NCBI GenBank assembly: GCA_900544385.1
Contig: UQVD01000001.1
Location: 1 to 48,717, forward strand
Origin: an uncultured Collinsella sp.
Lineage (GTDB): Bacteria; Actinomycetota; Coriobacteriia; Coriobacteriales; Coriobacteriaceae
Reading direction: 5' to 3'
DNA length: 48,717 bases
The stretch's first letter is position 1. Each line of letters begins with the position of its first letter. Shown piece after piece: positions 28,208 through 37,475 of this stretch. Both the position numbers and the translations under genes were made by a program. Under the pieces are notes generated by a model, which worked only from the letters and a program-made list of their open reading frames with translations, was not told the origin of the DNA and made no database searches.

Positions 28208-29638
28208 TCAGGTGGTTGTCGGGACATAGGGATAGTATTCAAAGCGCAGTGTCATAAGCCGCTGCGGGGATTCAATAGCCGCGGCGATGATATTGGCATC
28301 GCGGGCACGATCAAACCCTTCGAGTTCGATCTGATACGAGACGTCTTGCATAATGTCCAGACGTCGCCAGGCTAGGAGTGTGTCACCATCGAATTCCAAG
28401 GTCTTGCCTCCGTCTGGAGCAACGGCGTATAGACGCAGCTTGGCGGTGGTTGCAGGGTCGACAACCGTGACCTTTTTAATTTCGTTTCGAGTATTCTTGG
28501 CGCCCAACAAGGTGAGCAGTGTTGGGGCCACGACCTCGCCCGATGGCAAAAAGACGACTTCGATGGATTCAGGAAATGCGATGATAGCCGACTTGCGGAC
28601 GGGCTGATTGGCGGCGGCAACTTCGATGTTCGCAGCGTCGATGACCTCCGTGTGGTCGAGCGCGGCAAGCACGCAGCAGTTACCTTCATCGATCTCTTGA
28701 GGATCAGCAAGTCCCAGACTGTCTGCGAGCTCGGGATCGTTTGGATCGTTAGCGGGCTCATTCGGTGCTTCGAAAGAAGCTGAGACGCTGTTTGTCGGCG
28801 GCGGCGTGTCGCCCGCACCTGCTTCTTTGTCCGCGCTCCCTTCTTGTATGGTTGCGTTGATGGGTTCGTCGTTTGGGGGGAGCGTCTTGGCGTCAAGCGC
28901 GGAGGGAAGAATTCCGATGGCTCCGGATCCGTTCCACTCCATTTCGAGAAGCGCCGGGTCGGCAAGAATGCGTTGCCTGCTTTGCGTGTGGGCATCGATT
29001 TCAATAGGGCCTGCCTCTATCCCTCGTGTAAGGCTGAGTGATCCGGCTGGCTTCTCGAAATGAGCGTCTGTGTCTTTGGCGCTGACGGCGTAGAACAGCA
29101 GGGACGCTTCTCCCGCCGCGGTGGCATCGGTACCGGCTTTGGTCAGCCGCAACGATGCCGTGAATGAGAGGGTGGGCTGCGCATCGTCTGCATTCGCGGC
29201 GGCGCAGCCCAGACATATACCGCCTCCTTTCTCAAAAAACGTACCGTCGAAGGCGACCTTCGCTCCGTTCGCCGAGTCATCGACCGAAGCGATGTCGATG
29301 CGCAGCTCTAAATTGCATGGATCGCCATCCGCATCGAGCACAACCGAACGCCACGTGCAGACGGCGAACCCCGCCTGGGAGCCGTTTGCCTTGTTCGAAC
29401 GCTTGATATCCACGACTATCGAGCCGTCCGTATTACGACGAAGGCATCCCGAGGTTGAGCTTGCGGCCTGTGCGATCGAAAAACGCTTGCACGCAATGGC
29501 GCTCGACGGATTTGGTGCAGAACTTAGGGCTGCTGGTAAGGAGTCTGCCATGACGGGAGTCGCCCAAGCGGCGACAGGCGTTCCGGTTGCGAGCGCGCCG
29601 CAGAGTGCGACGACGGGCAAAAGGTTCTTCGATGCCAT
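28208..29638 (-). CDS. Large secreted hypothetical surface protein
   Basis: Signal peptide (VVALCGALATGTPVAAWA); Pro/Asp-rich linker; last gene of the co-oriented secreted-protein cluster. Confidence 0.65.
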   Translation of the reverse strand: MASKNLLPVVALCGALATGTPVAAWATPVMADSLPAALSSAPNPSSAIACKRFSIAQAASSTSGCLRRNTDGSIVVDIKRSNKANGSQAGFAVCTWRSVVLDADGDPCNLELRIDIASVDDSANGAKVAFDGTFFEKGGGICLGCAAANADDAQPTLSFTASLRLTKAGTDATAAGEASLLFYAVSAKDTDAHFEKPAGSLSLTRGIEAGPIEIDAHTQSRQRILADPALLEMEWNGSGAIGILPSALDAKTLPPNDEPINATIQEGSADKEAGAGDTPPPTNSVSASFEAPNEPANDPNDPELADSLGLADPQEIDEGNCCVLAALDHTEVIDAANIEVAAANQPVRKSAIIAFPESIEVVFLPSGEVVAPTLLTLLGAKNTRNEIKKVTVVDPATTAKLRLYAVAPDGGKTLEFDGDTLLAWRRLDIMQDVSYQIELEGFDRARDANIIAAAIESPQRLMTLRFEYYPYVPTTT

Positions 29639-29656
29639 GGGGTCTCCTTAGCTAAT

Positions 29657-29938
29657 TTAGTGCGGCCTGTCCGTGTTTTGTTTCTGGCTGCGTTTGATGT
29701 GCAGACCGAGGCCGGCGGTTCCCGCGCCTGCTGCTGTGGCGCCTGCTGCCAAGAGCCATCGTCTGTCGCCTGTCTGCGCCAACGGTTCCTCGCGGTCGCC
29801 GCGGTCGAGCTCCGAGAGGTCGACCGTCACTTGCGTGGCGGCCTGCGCCTGTTCTTGCTGGGCAAAGGCCATGGCTGGCCCAAACGCTAGGATGCTGACG
29901 GCGGCGGCCAGGGCGACGGCCTTATGCCGTGTGCGCAC
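29657..29938 (-). CDS. Very small LPxTG-type (LAQTG) cell-wall-anchored protein
   Basis: Signal peptide ending AMAFA, about 30-aa mature region, LAQTGD, hydrophobic stretch, basic tail; GTG start assumed. Confidence 0.65.
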   Translation of the reverse strand: MRTRHKAVALAAAVSILAFGPAMAFAQQEQAQAATQVTVDLSELDRGDREEPLAQTGDRRWLLAAGATAAGAGTAGLGLHIKRSQKQNTDRPH

Positions 29939-30521
29939 CGGGCTCGACCGTCCAGGTGATCGTTGCAACCTGATCGCCTTCGCCGGTTACGCGGAAGATG
30001 TCGCGCGTGACGCGGGCGACGTTTCCGCTTGTCTTGAGCTTAATTTTGTCCGTGCCGCCGGCAATGCCCTGGTAGCCCATGTCGAAGGCTGCGTTCTTGG
30101 AAAGATCGAGGCCCGTCCCCTGCATTGCGGCGCTGGCGTTCTGGAGTGCGCCGTCGGGGCCGACCTTAAAGTCGATGGAGTTCTGCGCGGTTCCGGTCTT
30201 GGCGTCGGCAGCAATGGTCCAGGTGTTCATGGCATCGATCTTCATGTTGGTGACATGGATGCCGTAGGCCGAATGATTGTCGATGGTGGTCGCGTCTTCT
30301 GAGGGGCCCTGAAGCGTGCCGTCGGCCTTGGCGACGAAGGGAATAACCGTCGGAACTTTGAACTCAACGTTGTCGATCTCGGTCCTGACCATTACTTTCG
30401 TGGTTCCAACGCGTCCGGCTGCCATAGCTGGCGTCGGGGCGGCGCCCATTGCGAGCGCGAGCGCGAGCCCTGCGCCCACGACGAGCGCTCTGGCTCCGTT
30501 CATGTTCCTGGTGATGTCCAT
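29922..30521 (-). CDS. Secreted WxL-like / pilin-like protein
   Basis: Signal peptide ending PAMA; internal WTI and C-terminal VATITWTV resemble WxL motifs; AAAGGA RBS. Confidence 0.65.
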   Translation of the reverse strand: MDITRNMNGARALVVGAGLALALAMGAAPTPAMAAGRVGTTKVMVRTEIDNVEFKVPTVIPFVAKADGTLQGPSEDATTIDNHSAYGIHVTNMKIDAMNTWTIAADAKTGTAQNSIDFKVGPDGALQNASAAMQGTGLDLSKNAAFDMGYQGIAGGTDKIKLKTSGNVARVTRDIFRVTGEGDQVATITWTVEPGAHTA

Positions 30522-30610
30522 GGTCGTTCCTTTCTATTCGCCGCGGGCCGTCCCCGCGATGATTGGACGAATGCTGGTGAATTGCGTGCGGTGCCGCGTC
30601 GGCCGGAAAG

Positions 30611-31120
30611 CTAGTTCTCGGCTTGCTCAACCCGTACCTTGACACGTGTCGGATTGCCGTGGCTGTCGAGGGTCTTTGCATCGAGTGCCTGGATCTCGAT
30701 GTACGCCTCGCCTTCTTTGATGTCGCCGGCGGGGCACGTTTCGATTGTCTTGCCGGTCTCGACCACACCGGATTCGTACATGGTCTCGTCGTTTTGGATG
30801 ACGCGGAATCGCTGGGGAAATTTATTGTCTTGGACGTTTTGCACGTTGACGCGCAGCTTGCCGTCCTCCTGCAGCTGAGCGACCGGTGCGACCGAAATCG
30901 TCATCATGTTGTCGCGGACGATGGCGTCGAGCTCATCTTGGATTTCCTGACGCGTTTTGCCCTCGGCCGTCGTAACCGAAGCGCCCGCCTCGGGTACGGG
31001 CTGCGACTGCCAAGTGTATAGTCCTACGGCGACAAGGGCACAGACGATGGCCAAGCAGGCAACGATGAGCTTCCTGCGATGCCCCAGACCTGCAAAGTGG
31101 GGCGGCTTCTTCGCGCTCAT
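30611..31120 (-). CDS. Membrane-anchored hypothetical protein (Ig-like extracellular domain)
   Basis: MSAKKPP..., basic N-terminus plus TM helix, then ELDAIVRDNMMTISV...YESGVV; ATGA overlap with upstream ORF. Confidence 0.7.
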   Translation of the reverse strand: MSAKKPPHFAGLGHRRKLIVACLAIVCALVAVGLYTWQSQPVPEAGASVTTAEGKTRQEIQDELDAIVRDNMMTISVAPVAQLQEDGKLRVNVQNVQDNKFPQRFRVIQNDETMYESGVVETGKTIETCPAGDIKEGEAYIEIQALDAKTLDSHGNPTRVKVRVEQAEN

Positions 31121-31413
31121 GCGGCATCCTTGGCGGCATAGATGCGCGCAAAGGTGGACGGGTCCGCTCCAAAGAGCATGTGAAGCATTAGGCGGCGCGA
31201 GTAGACGAGTTCTTCGAAGTCGGGAGAGAGCTCGATGTCGTGGATATGCGCGATGTGGTGGGCGAGCGCCGAGAACGACTCGGGGTCGCAGATCACATCG
31301 GTGGTAACGTGGTAGACCGTCGTATCGGGGAATGCCTCTTCGTCGAAAGGCAGGAGATGGGGATCGTCGTCGACTTCGATGGCGATGCCGTACTGGGGCC
31401 AGTAATATGCCAT
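31117..31413 (-). CDS. 98-aa hypothetical protein, weakly DUF559-like
   Basis: GGGAGG RBS; YWPQYGIAIEVDD resembles the WP..xAIExD nuclease-fold segment; translationally coupled to the next gene. Confidence 0.55.
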   Translation of the reverse strand: MAYYWPQYGIAIEVDDDPHLLPFDEEAFPDTTVYHVTTDVICDPESFSALAHHIAHIHDIELSPDFEELVYSRRLMLHMLFGADPSTFARIYAAKDAA

Positions 31414-31758
31414 GGGAACCTCCCTGCTTCTGGGCCAAAACTTCTATCGGTTTTGGCTGTCGACGCCGACCGTATCAGCCGCTACTTGACCAATTTCTGA
31501 CCAAATGCTTGACGGATTGGCGTCTCCGCAGGTAAAAGGCGGCAAAAAATACTCCAACTTTTTTCGAGCGACAATCGCGCGGTCGGCGACGGCGGGGCCA
31601 TATGTGTCAAAAGCATCGTCTGCCGAGGAAATCAAGCCGCTCGCCGAATTGCACGAACGTAAAAATCGCCAATTATGGAGACGGTCTCGAACACGTCGAC
31701 GAAACGATGCGGTAACATCTCCCTGCAAACACTGTAGTTAGCTAAAGGGGGAGTTCGC

Positions 31759-33360
31759 GTGTCTGCAACCATCAAACCCTTCACCGACGAGTTCGAAGAG
31801 TATGGTCGCGATGAGTCTCGCGCATCGGGCGAGGCCTCGAGCATCTCGTTTCCGACAACGGAAGACGAGGTCCGTGCCATTTTGGAAAAGCTCCATGCCG
31901 AGCGTGTCCCGGTAACGGTTCAGGGCGCCCGAACCGGCCTTGCCGCCGGTGCCGTGCCCCACGGCGGGCATATCCTCAATACTTCCCGTATGAATCGCTA
32001 CTTGGGCCTTCGCCGCGATGAACAAGGCCAATTTCTGCTGCGCGTGGAGCCGGGCGTTGTGCTCTCGGAGCTGCGCAAGCAGCTGAGCAAGAAGGTGCTG
32101 CCGACCGCTGGTTGGGACCAGGCATCGCTTGAGGCCTACGAGGAGTTCCAAGAGGCTCCCGAGCAGTTTTTTCCCACCGATCCCACCGAGGCGTCTGCCT
32201 GTCTGGGCGGCATGGCGGCATGTAACGCCTCCGGTGCCCGCAGCTACGCCTACGGTCCCATGCGCCCACATATCACGGGACTCCACGTCGCGCTGGCTGA
32301 TGGCGATTTGCTTGAGCTTCAGCGCGGCGAGGCTTTTGCCCAGGGCCGCCACCTGTCGCTCGCGACGGCAGCGGGCCGTACGCTCGAGCTCGATCTTCCC
32401 GGCTATACCATGCCCAAGACCAAAAATGCTTCGGGCTATTTTGTTGCGGACGATATGGACGCCATTGATCTCTTTATCGGCGCATGTGGCACGCTCGGCG
32501 TTATCACCGAGCTCGAGATCGCCCTGCAGCCTGCTCCCGCGGTTGTGTGGGGCGTGAGCTGCTTTTTCGGCAGCGAGGACAAGGCCGTTGCCTTTACCGA
32601 TTCCGTGCGCCCGGTCCTGTCCCATGCGGCTGCTATCGAGTATTTCGATGCCGGCGCCCTGGATATCCTTCGCCGCCAGCGCGAACAGTCAACGGCGTTT
32701 GCCTCGCTGCCTGCGCTCGACAAAGACGCCAAGGTCTGCGTCTACGTGGAGCTCGACTGCGACGACGAGGCGCAGGCGACCGAGGAGCTGTACCACCTGG
32801 GATGGGTTTTGGAGCTTGCGGGTGGCCGCGACGACGCGACCTGGGTTGCGCGCACCGAGGTCGATCGCGAATGCCAGCGGTTCTTCCGCCACGCCGTCCC
32901 CGAGAGCGTCAACATGCTCATCGACGAGCGCCGCCGCATGGATCCCACCATCACCAAACTGGGTTCGGACATGTCGGTGCCCAACGCGCACTTGGCCGAT
33001 GTTATCGCTCTCTATCGCCGCACGCTGGCGGAAAGTGGGCTTGAATCTGCCGCCTGGGGGCATATCGGTAACAACCATCTGCATATGAACATTCTGCCGC
33101 GCGATGCGCAGGATTATCGCCGCGGCGGAGAACTCTTTGCCCAGTGGGCTTCCGAGGTCACGGTCATGGGCGGCGCCGTCTCCGCAGAACACGGCGTCGG
33201 CAAGATCAAGGCGGGCTTCTTGGAGACGATGTACGGTCACGAGGCCATGGTCGAGTCGGCGCGGCTCAAGCTCCAGCTCGATCCTGCCGGGCAGCTGGGT
33301 CGCGGTAACCTGTTTTCGGAGAAGCTCTTGGATGAGCTCGTCCAGAAAGGGGGCGCGTGA
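31759..33360 (+). CDS. FAD-binding oxidoreductase (GlcD/LctD D-2-hydroxyacid dehydrogenase family)
   Basis: GARTGLAAGAVP, DPTE.SA.LGGMAACNASG, GTLGVITE, WGHIGNNHLHMN, SAEHGVGKIK. Confidence 0.88.
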   Translation: MSATIKPFTDEFEEYGRDESRASGEASSISFPTTEDEVRAILEKLHAERVPVTVQGARTGLAAGAVPHGGHILNTSRMNRYLGLRRDEQGQFLLRVEPGVVLSELRKQLSKKVLPTAGWDQASLEAYEEFQEAPEQFFPTDPTEASACLGGMAACNASGARSYAYGPMRPHITGLHVALADGDLLELQRGEAFAQGRHLSLATAAGRTLELDLPGYTMPKTKNASGYFVADDMDAIDLFIGACGTLGVITELEIALQPAPAVVWGVSCFFGSEDKAVAFTDSVRPVLSHAAAIEYFDAGALDILRRQREQSTAFASLPALDKDAKVCVYVELDCDDEAQATEELYHLGWVLELAGGRDDATWVARTEVDRECQRFFRHAVPESVNMLIDERRRMDPTITKLGSDMSVPNAHLADVIALYRRTLAESGLESAAWGHIGNNHLHMNILPRDAQDYRRGGELFAQWASEVTVMGGAVSAEHGVGKIKAGFLETMYGHEAMVESARLKLQLDPAGQLGRGNLFSEKLLDELVQKGGA

Positions 33361-34178
33361 AGATGAGCGATTTCCATATGGTAGTGTGCGTCAAGGCGGT
33401 GCCGGGCAGCACCGAGGTCAAGATGGACCCCAAGACCAATACCATCGTGCGTGATGGCAAGCAGGCGGTCATTAATCCCTTCGATGCAAGTGCCCTAGAA
33501 TGCGCGCTGGCGCTGAAGGACGACTTTATCGGCTTTGGCATGGACGTGCGCGTAACGGTGGTGTCGATGGGCATCCCCGCGACTGAATCGCTATTGCGCG
33601 ACTGCATCGCCCGAGGCGCCGACGACGCGCTGCTGCTAACCGATCGCGCCTTTGCGGGTGCCGATACCCTGGCAACCACCTATGCCCTCAAGTGCGGCAT
33701 CGAGGCGCTCGACGAGGACTTCGACCTGCTCATCTGCGGCAAGATGGCGGTGGATGGCGATACGGCCCAGATTGGCCCCGAGCTTGCCGGCGCCTTTGAG
33801 ATTCCCTGCGTGACCGATGTGAGCTGCGTGCAGAGCGCAGGTTTTACGACGTGCGGTGCGCTTTCGCTCGTTCACGGTTGCGATGCCGGCGAGGAGACGG
33901 TCTATCTGGAGATGCCGTGCGCGATGACGACTGCCAAGGAGATTGGCCAGTTGCGTATGCCGAGTATTGCCGGTATTCGCGCGGCAGAGGAGGCGGACGT
34001 GTGCGTGGTCAGTGCCGCCGACGTGAACGCCGACCCCGCGCGTTGCGGCCTTGCCGGGTCGCCGACACAGGTCGTGCGCTCGTTTGTGCCCGACCGTGAC
34101 CAAACGTGCGAGACCGTTGAGGGGACGGCGTCCGAGCAGGCGGCAAAGCTTGCCAAGATTATCGAGGGGATGGCATAG
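33357..34178 (+). CDS. etfB: Electron transfer flavoprotein beta subunit
   Basis: VCVKAVP, INPFD, DRAFAGADTLAT, GKMAVDGDTAQIGP, GLAGSPTQV; start may be 33363. Confidence 0.92.
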   Translation: MKMSDFHMVVCVKAVPGSTEVKMDPKTNTIVRDGKQAVINPFDASALECALALKDDFIGFGMDVRVTVVSMGIPATESLLRDCIARGADDALLLTDRAFAGADTLATTYALKCGIEALDEDFDLLICGKMAVDGDTAQIGPELAGAFEIPCVTDVSCVQSAGFTTCGALSLVHGCDAGEETVYLEMPCAMTTAKEIGQLRMPSIAGIRAAEEADVCVVSAADVNADPARCGLAGSPTQVVRSFVPDRDQTCETVEGTASEQAAKLAKIIEGMA

Positions 34179-35384
34179 ATGAGCGGACTGATTATCGATA
34201 GCGAGGCCTGTATCGGCTGCGGTCGCTGCGTTCGCGCCTGTGCCTCGGGCGGCATCGTAGTGGAAGGCGAGCGACCCAACCGATGCGCCCACGTAACCGA
34301 CGGCTGCATCCTGTGCGGTGGGTGCGTCGACGCCTGCCCTGTCAACGCTATCTCGATCGAGCGTGACGAGGCCGCTGGTGCGGTGGACCTTGATGCATAT
34401 CGAGACATTTGGGTATTCGCGCAGACCGACGAGCACGATACGGTGACTCCCGTTGCCTATGAGCTTATGGGCAAGGGTCGCGAGCTTGCCGATGCTCGCG
34501 ACTGCCGTCTGGTGGCACTGATCGGTATGGGTCCCGAGGGTTCTCTCGGCGACCTGGAGCATCTGGTTTGCGCGGGCGCCGACGAAGTCCTGGCCTGTCG
34601 CGACGAGCGCCTGCGCCAAAACGATGCGGAGGTCTACGCCCGCTTGATCTGCGATTTGGTAGCCGAACGCAAACCCGAGGCCATCCTATACGGTGCGACC
34701 GCTTTTGGCCGCGAACTGGCACCCGGCGTTGCCGTGCGCTTGCAGACGGGCCTTACGGCTGACTGCACCGTACTTTCGATGGATACGGAGACGGGACTGC
34801 TGCAACAGACGCGTCCGGCGTTTGGCGGCAACCTGATGGCCACCATCGTCTGCCCCAATCATCGTCCCCAGATGGCAACGGTTCGTCCCGGCATCTTTAA
34901 GGCGCCCGACTTTGACTACGACCGCTCCGGCACGATCACCCAGATATCGCTTGCGGATGATGCTAAGGCTCGTGTCGAGATCTCGATTCCCGCCGAGGAG
35001 TGGAGGCAGCAGGCCTCGATCGCCGATGCCGAACGCTTGGTCGTGGTGGGCCGCGGCATTGGCTCCAAGAAGAATCTGCCCCTGATGCGAAGGCTCGCCG
35101 AGGCTCTGGGAGCCGAGCTTGGTTGCACGCGACCTGTCGTGGAGGCCGGCTGGTTGGAGTATCGCCATCAGATTGGCCAGACCGGCGTATCGGTTTCGCC
35201 CAAGCTTCTCGTGAGTATCGGTGTTTCGGGCGCCATCCAGCATCTTGCCGGCATCGGTGGGGCAGAGTGCATTATCGCCATCAACGAGGACCCGGATGCC
35301 CCCATCTTTGGTGCTGCCCAGTACAAGGTTGTCGGCGATGCCGTCGAGGTCGTCGAGGAACTGCTGGCCCAGCTTGAGCGCTAG
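34179..35384 (+). CDS. etfA: Electron transfer flavoprotein alpha subunit with N-terminal 2x[4Fe-4S] ferredoxin domain
   Basis: CIGCGRCVRAC and CILCGGCVDACP; TGLTADCT, TRPAFGGN, QIGQTG, GVSGAIQH. Confidence 0.93.
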   Translation: MSGLIIDSEACIGCGRCVRACASGGIVVEGERPNRCAHVTDGCILCGGCVDACPVNAISIERDEAAGAVDLDAYRDIWVFAQTDEHDTVTPVAYELMGKGRELADARDCRLVALIGMGPEGSLGDLEHLVCAGADEVLACRDERLRQNDAEVYARLICDLVAERKPEAILYGATAFGRELAPGVAVRLQTGLTADCTVLSMDTETGLLQQTRPAFGGNLMATIVCPNHRPQMATVRPGIFKAPDFDYDRSGTITQISLADDAKARVEISIPAEEWRQQASIADAERLVVVGRGIGSKKNLPLMRRLAEALGAELGCTRPVVEAGWLEYRHQIGQTGVSVSPKLLVSIGVSGAIQHLAGIGGAECIIAINEDPDAPIFGAAQYKVVGDAVEVVEELLAQLER

Positions 35385-36193
35385 GCGCGCGCCAGCCAGT
35401 CGCGCATCTCGTCCTTAAGGCGGCTCCAAGTCGCCTGCGTGGCGGGGTCGGTAAAGGGCCGCGTAATGCCAAAGGGCGCGTCGAGCAGGCGGTGGATATC
35501 GCCCTGTTCGCGCGCCAGCGCGCGGCTTGCTGGATAGACGAGCTCAAACATAAAGCAGATGAGTCCCACCAGGTAGTCTGCGGGCTCGTTGCGTTCATCG
35601 CGTGCGACGCAGCGGTGCTCGTCAAAGGCGGCAAGTGTCAGCGACGAGAAACGGCTGCCGAGAAACGTCTTCTCGTCCACCTTGAGGATGGTGTCGACGG
35701 TGCTGTCGGCGATGGTGCGCATAATGTCGATCTTGTCACCATCGCGCACGATATCGCAGAAGCACCGTGTACGCTCGTCGAGTTGTGCCGGCAGGCGAAA
35801 GTCGCTGTGATAGGCGATGCTCGCTCGGATGAGCTCGTCATGCGCACCGGTTTCGATAAAGTCACGGATGTTTGTCGTGGCGGGTGCATCGGCGGGATTC
35901 TCGCCAAAGAGGACCTCGATGCCCAGCGCCGCATGGCTCATGCTCTCGGCGTCCTTAAAGGTGTCCCAGCGTCGCAGCTGCTCAAAGCGGCCCATATCGT
36001 GTAGCAGGCCGCAAAGCCATGCCAGGTCAATATCTTCTGACGACCAGCCCTGCTCGCGCGCTACGGCATCGCATGCCTCGGCCACGTGGTACGTATGCTC
36101 AATTTTGAGCGCGATGCGTGGGTTGGTGGCGTCGTAGGCATCGGTGTAGCTTTTGAAGGCCGCGCGCGCCCGGTCTCGATCGATAGCTGTCAT
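35381..36193 (-). CDS. HD-domain metal-dependent phosphohydrolase
   Basis: LKIEHT, GLLHDMGRFEQ, RDGDKID. Confidence 0.87.
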   Translation of the reverse strand: MTAIDRDRARAAFKSYTDAYDATNPRIALKIEHTYHVAEACDAVAREQGWSSEDIDLAWLCGLLHDMGRFEQLRRWDTFKDAESMSHAALGIEVLFGENPADAPATTNIRDFIETGAHDELIRASIAYHSDFRLPAQLDERTRCFCDIVRDGDKIDIMRTIADSTVDTILKVDEKTFLGSRFSSLTLAAFDEHRCVARDERNEPADYLVGLICFMFELVYPASRALAREQGDIHRLLDAPFGITRPFTDPATQATWSRLKDEMRDWLARA

Positions 36194-36319
36194 AATGACT
36201 TCCTAAAAAGTTGTGTCTTTCGATCCGGTGGCAATTGTAGGTGAACTCGGTTGCTGTCGGATGATGATTCTGCCGTATCGCTACATGCGGCTCGGAGACC
36301 TTGTCAGGATGAGAAGCGT

Positions 36320-37012
36320 ATGGTGCTCAAAATCGTTAGAACCGTCTGGCCGGTGATGCTTACCTATGTTGCAATAGGCGCGCCGTGCGGAATGATCATG
36401 GGGCAGACGGGAATGGAGCCCTGGATGGTCTTTGCCCTGAGCAGCACGTTTGTGACGGGCAGCGGGCAGTTTATGATCTGCAACCTGTGGCTGGCGGGTG
36501 TGCCTGCAGCATCGATCGTCGCGAGCGTCGCCGCCATCTCCTCGCGCTTTGCGCTTTACTCGGCATCGATCGCACCGCATCTGAGGGGTGCCTCGAAGCG
36601 TCAGACGCTGGCTGTTGCCGCGACACTTACCGAGGAGGCATACGGCATCTCGCTTGCCAAGTTGGTTGAAGGGGAGGATTGGGGCCCGCGTGAGTCCTTC
36701 GTGCTCAACGTGATCCTTATCGCAACATGGGGCGTTTCGTGTACGACGGGCGCCATCGTCGGCGCCGTTGTCGATGTTCCCACCGCCATTGCGGCCTTTG
36801 TCTGCACCTCACTCTTTATCTGCCTGCTCTTTTCGCAGCGGCTGTCGCGCGGCAACGTTGTCGCGGCGGTTTCGGGCGCGGTGTCCGTCGCCGTATGCAA
36901 GTTCTTGGGCCTCACGAATATTGCCGTGCCGGCAAGCGTCGTGGCCGGCATTGCCATTGCGTTGGCGTGCGATGCTGTATTTGACGGAAGAGGTGCCCGC
37001 GATGCCCGTTAA
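36320..37012 (+). CDS. azlC: AzlC-family branched-chain amino acid exporter permease
   Basis: TGSGQF, SRFALYS, LTEEAYG; multi-TM; start uncertain. Confidence 0.8.
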   Translation: MVLKIVRTVWPVMLTYVAIGAPCGMIMGQTGMEPWMVFALSSTFVTGSGQFMICNLWLAGVPAASIVASVAAISSRFALYSASIAPHLRGASKRQTLAVAATLTEEAYGISLAKLVEGEDWGPRESFVLNVILIATWGVSCTTGAIVGAVVDVPTAIAAFVCTSLFICLLFSQRLSRGNVVAAVSGAVSVAVCKFLGLTNIAVPASVVAGIAIALACDAVFDGRGARDAR

Positions 37013-37325
37013 CGAGTTCTTGGTTCTGTGGCTGTCGTCGTGGGCCGCTATCGCGTTCTTTCGCATCGCGCCGGCGTTCGCCTTACGCGGGCGGACCCTG
37101 TCGCCCCGCATTACCGAGGCCCTGGGCTATATCCCGCCCGCTGCCTTTGCCGCGCTGGTCGCCAACGACTTGGTGAGCCCCGGCGCGTTCGACGCGGGAC
37201 TCTGGCCTGCCTTGGTTCCCTGGATTGCGGCCGTCGGCGTCGTGGTCGTGGCGGTCAAGACAAAATCGATGCTGTGGTGCTGCGTCTCGGGCATCGTACT
37301 CTATATTGTCTTGAGCCTTATATAG
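37002..37325 (+). CDS. azlD: AzlD-family membrane protein
   Basis: FRIAPAF...ALGYIPPAAFAALV; overlaps the azlC stop; GAGG RBS. Confidence 0.8.
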   Translation: MPVNEFLVLWLSSWAAIAFFRIAPAFALRGRTLSPRITEALGYIPPAAFAALVANDLVSPGAFDAGLWPALVPWIAAVGVVVVAVKTKSMLWCCVSGIVLYIVLSLI

Positions 37326-37475
37326 GGGTGGCGTCGCGGGCGCCGAATCTCGTTCCATCCCAACTTGTCGAATTTTTCACCGAGCTGGTCTATTTCTTCT
37401 GGTACCATGGTCAAACTTTACTGTAGCAAAGCATGACGTGGGCTTTTGTTCCGCGTCAGCGGAAATGGGGGTTTC

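Noticed and set aside
30611..31438. Single 275-aa ORF as given in the track
   Set aside because: Its 5' half overlaps the 98-aa ORF that has a clear RBS; an ATGA-coupled start at 31120 is more plausible
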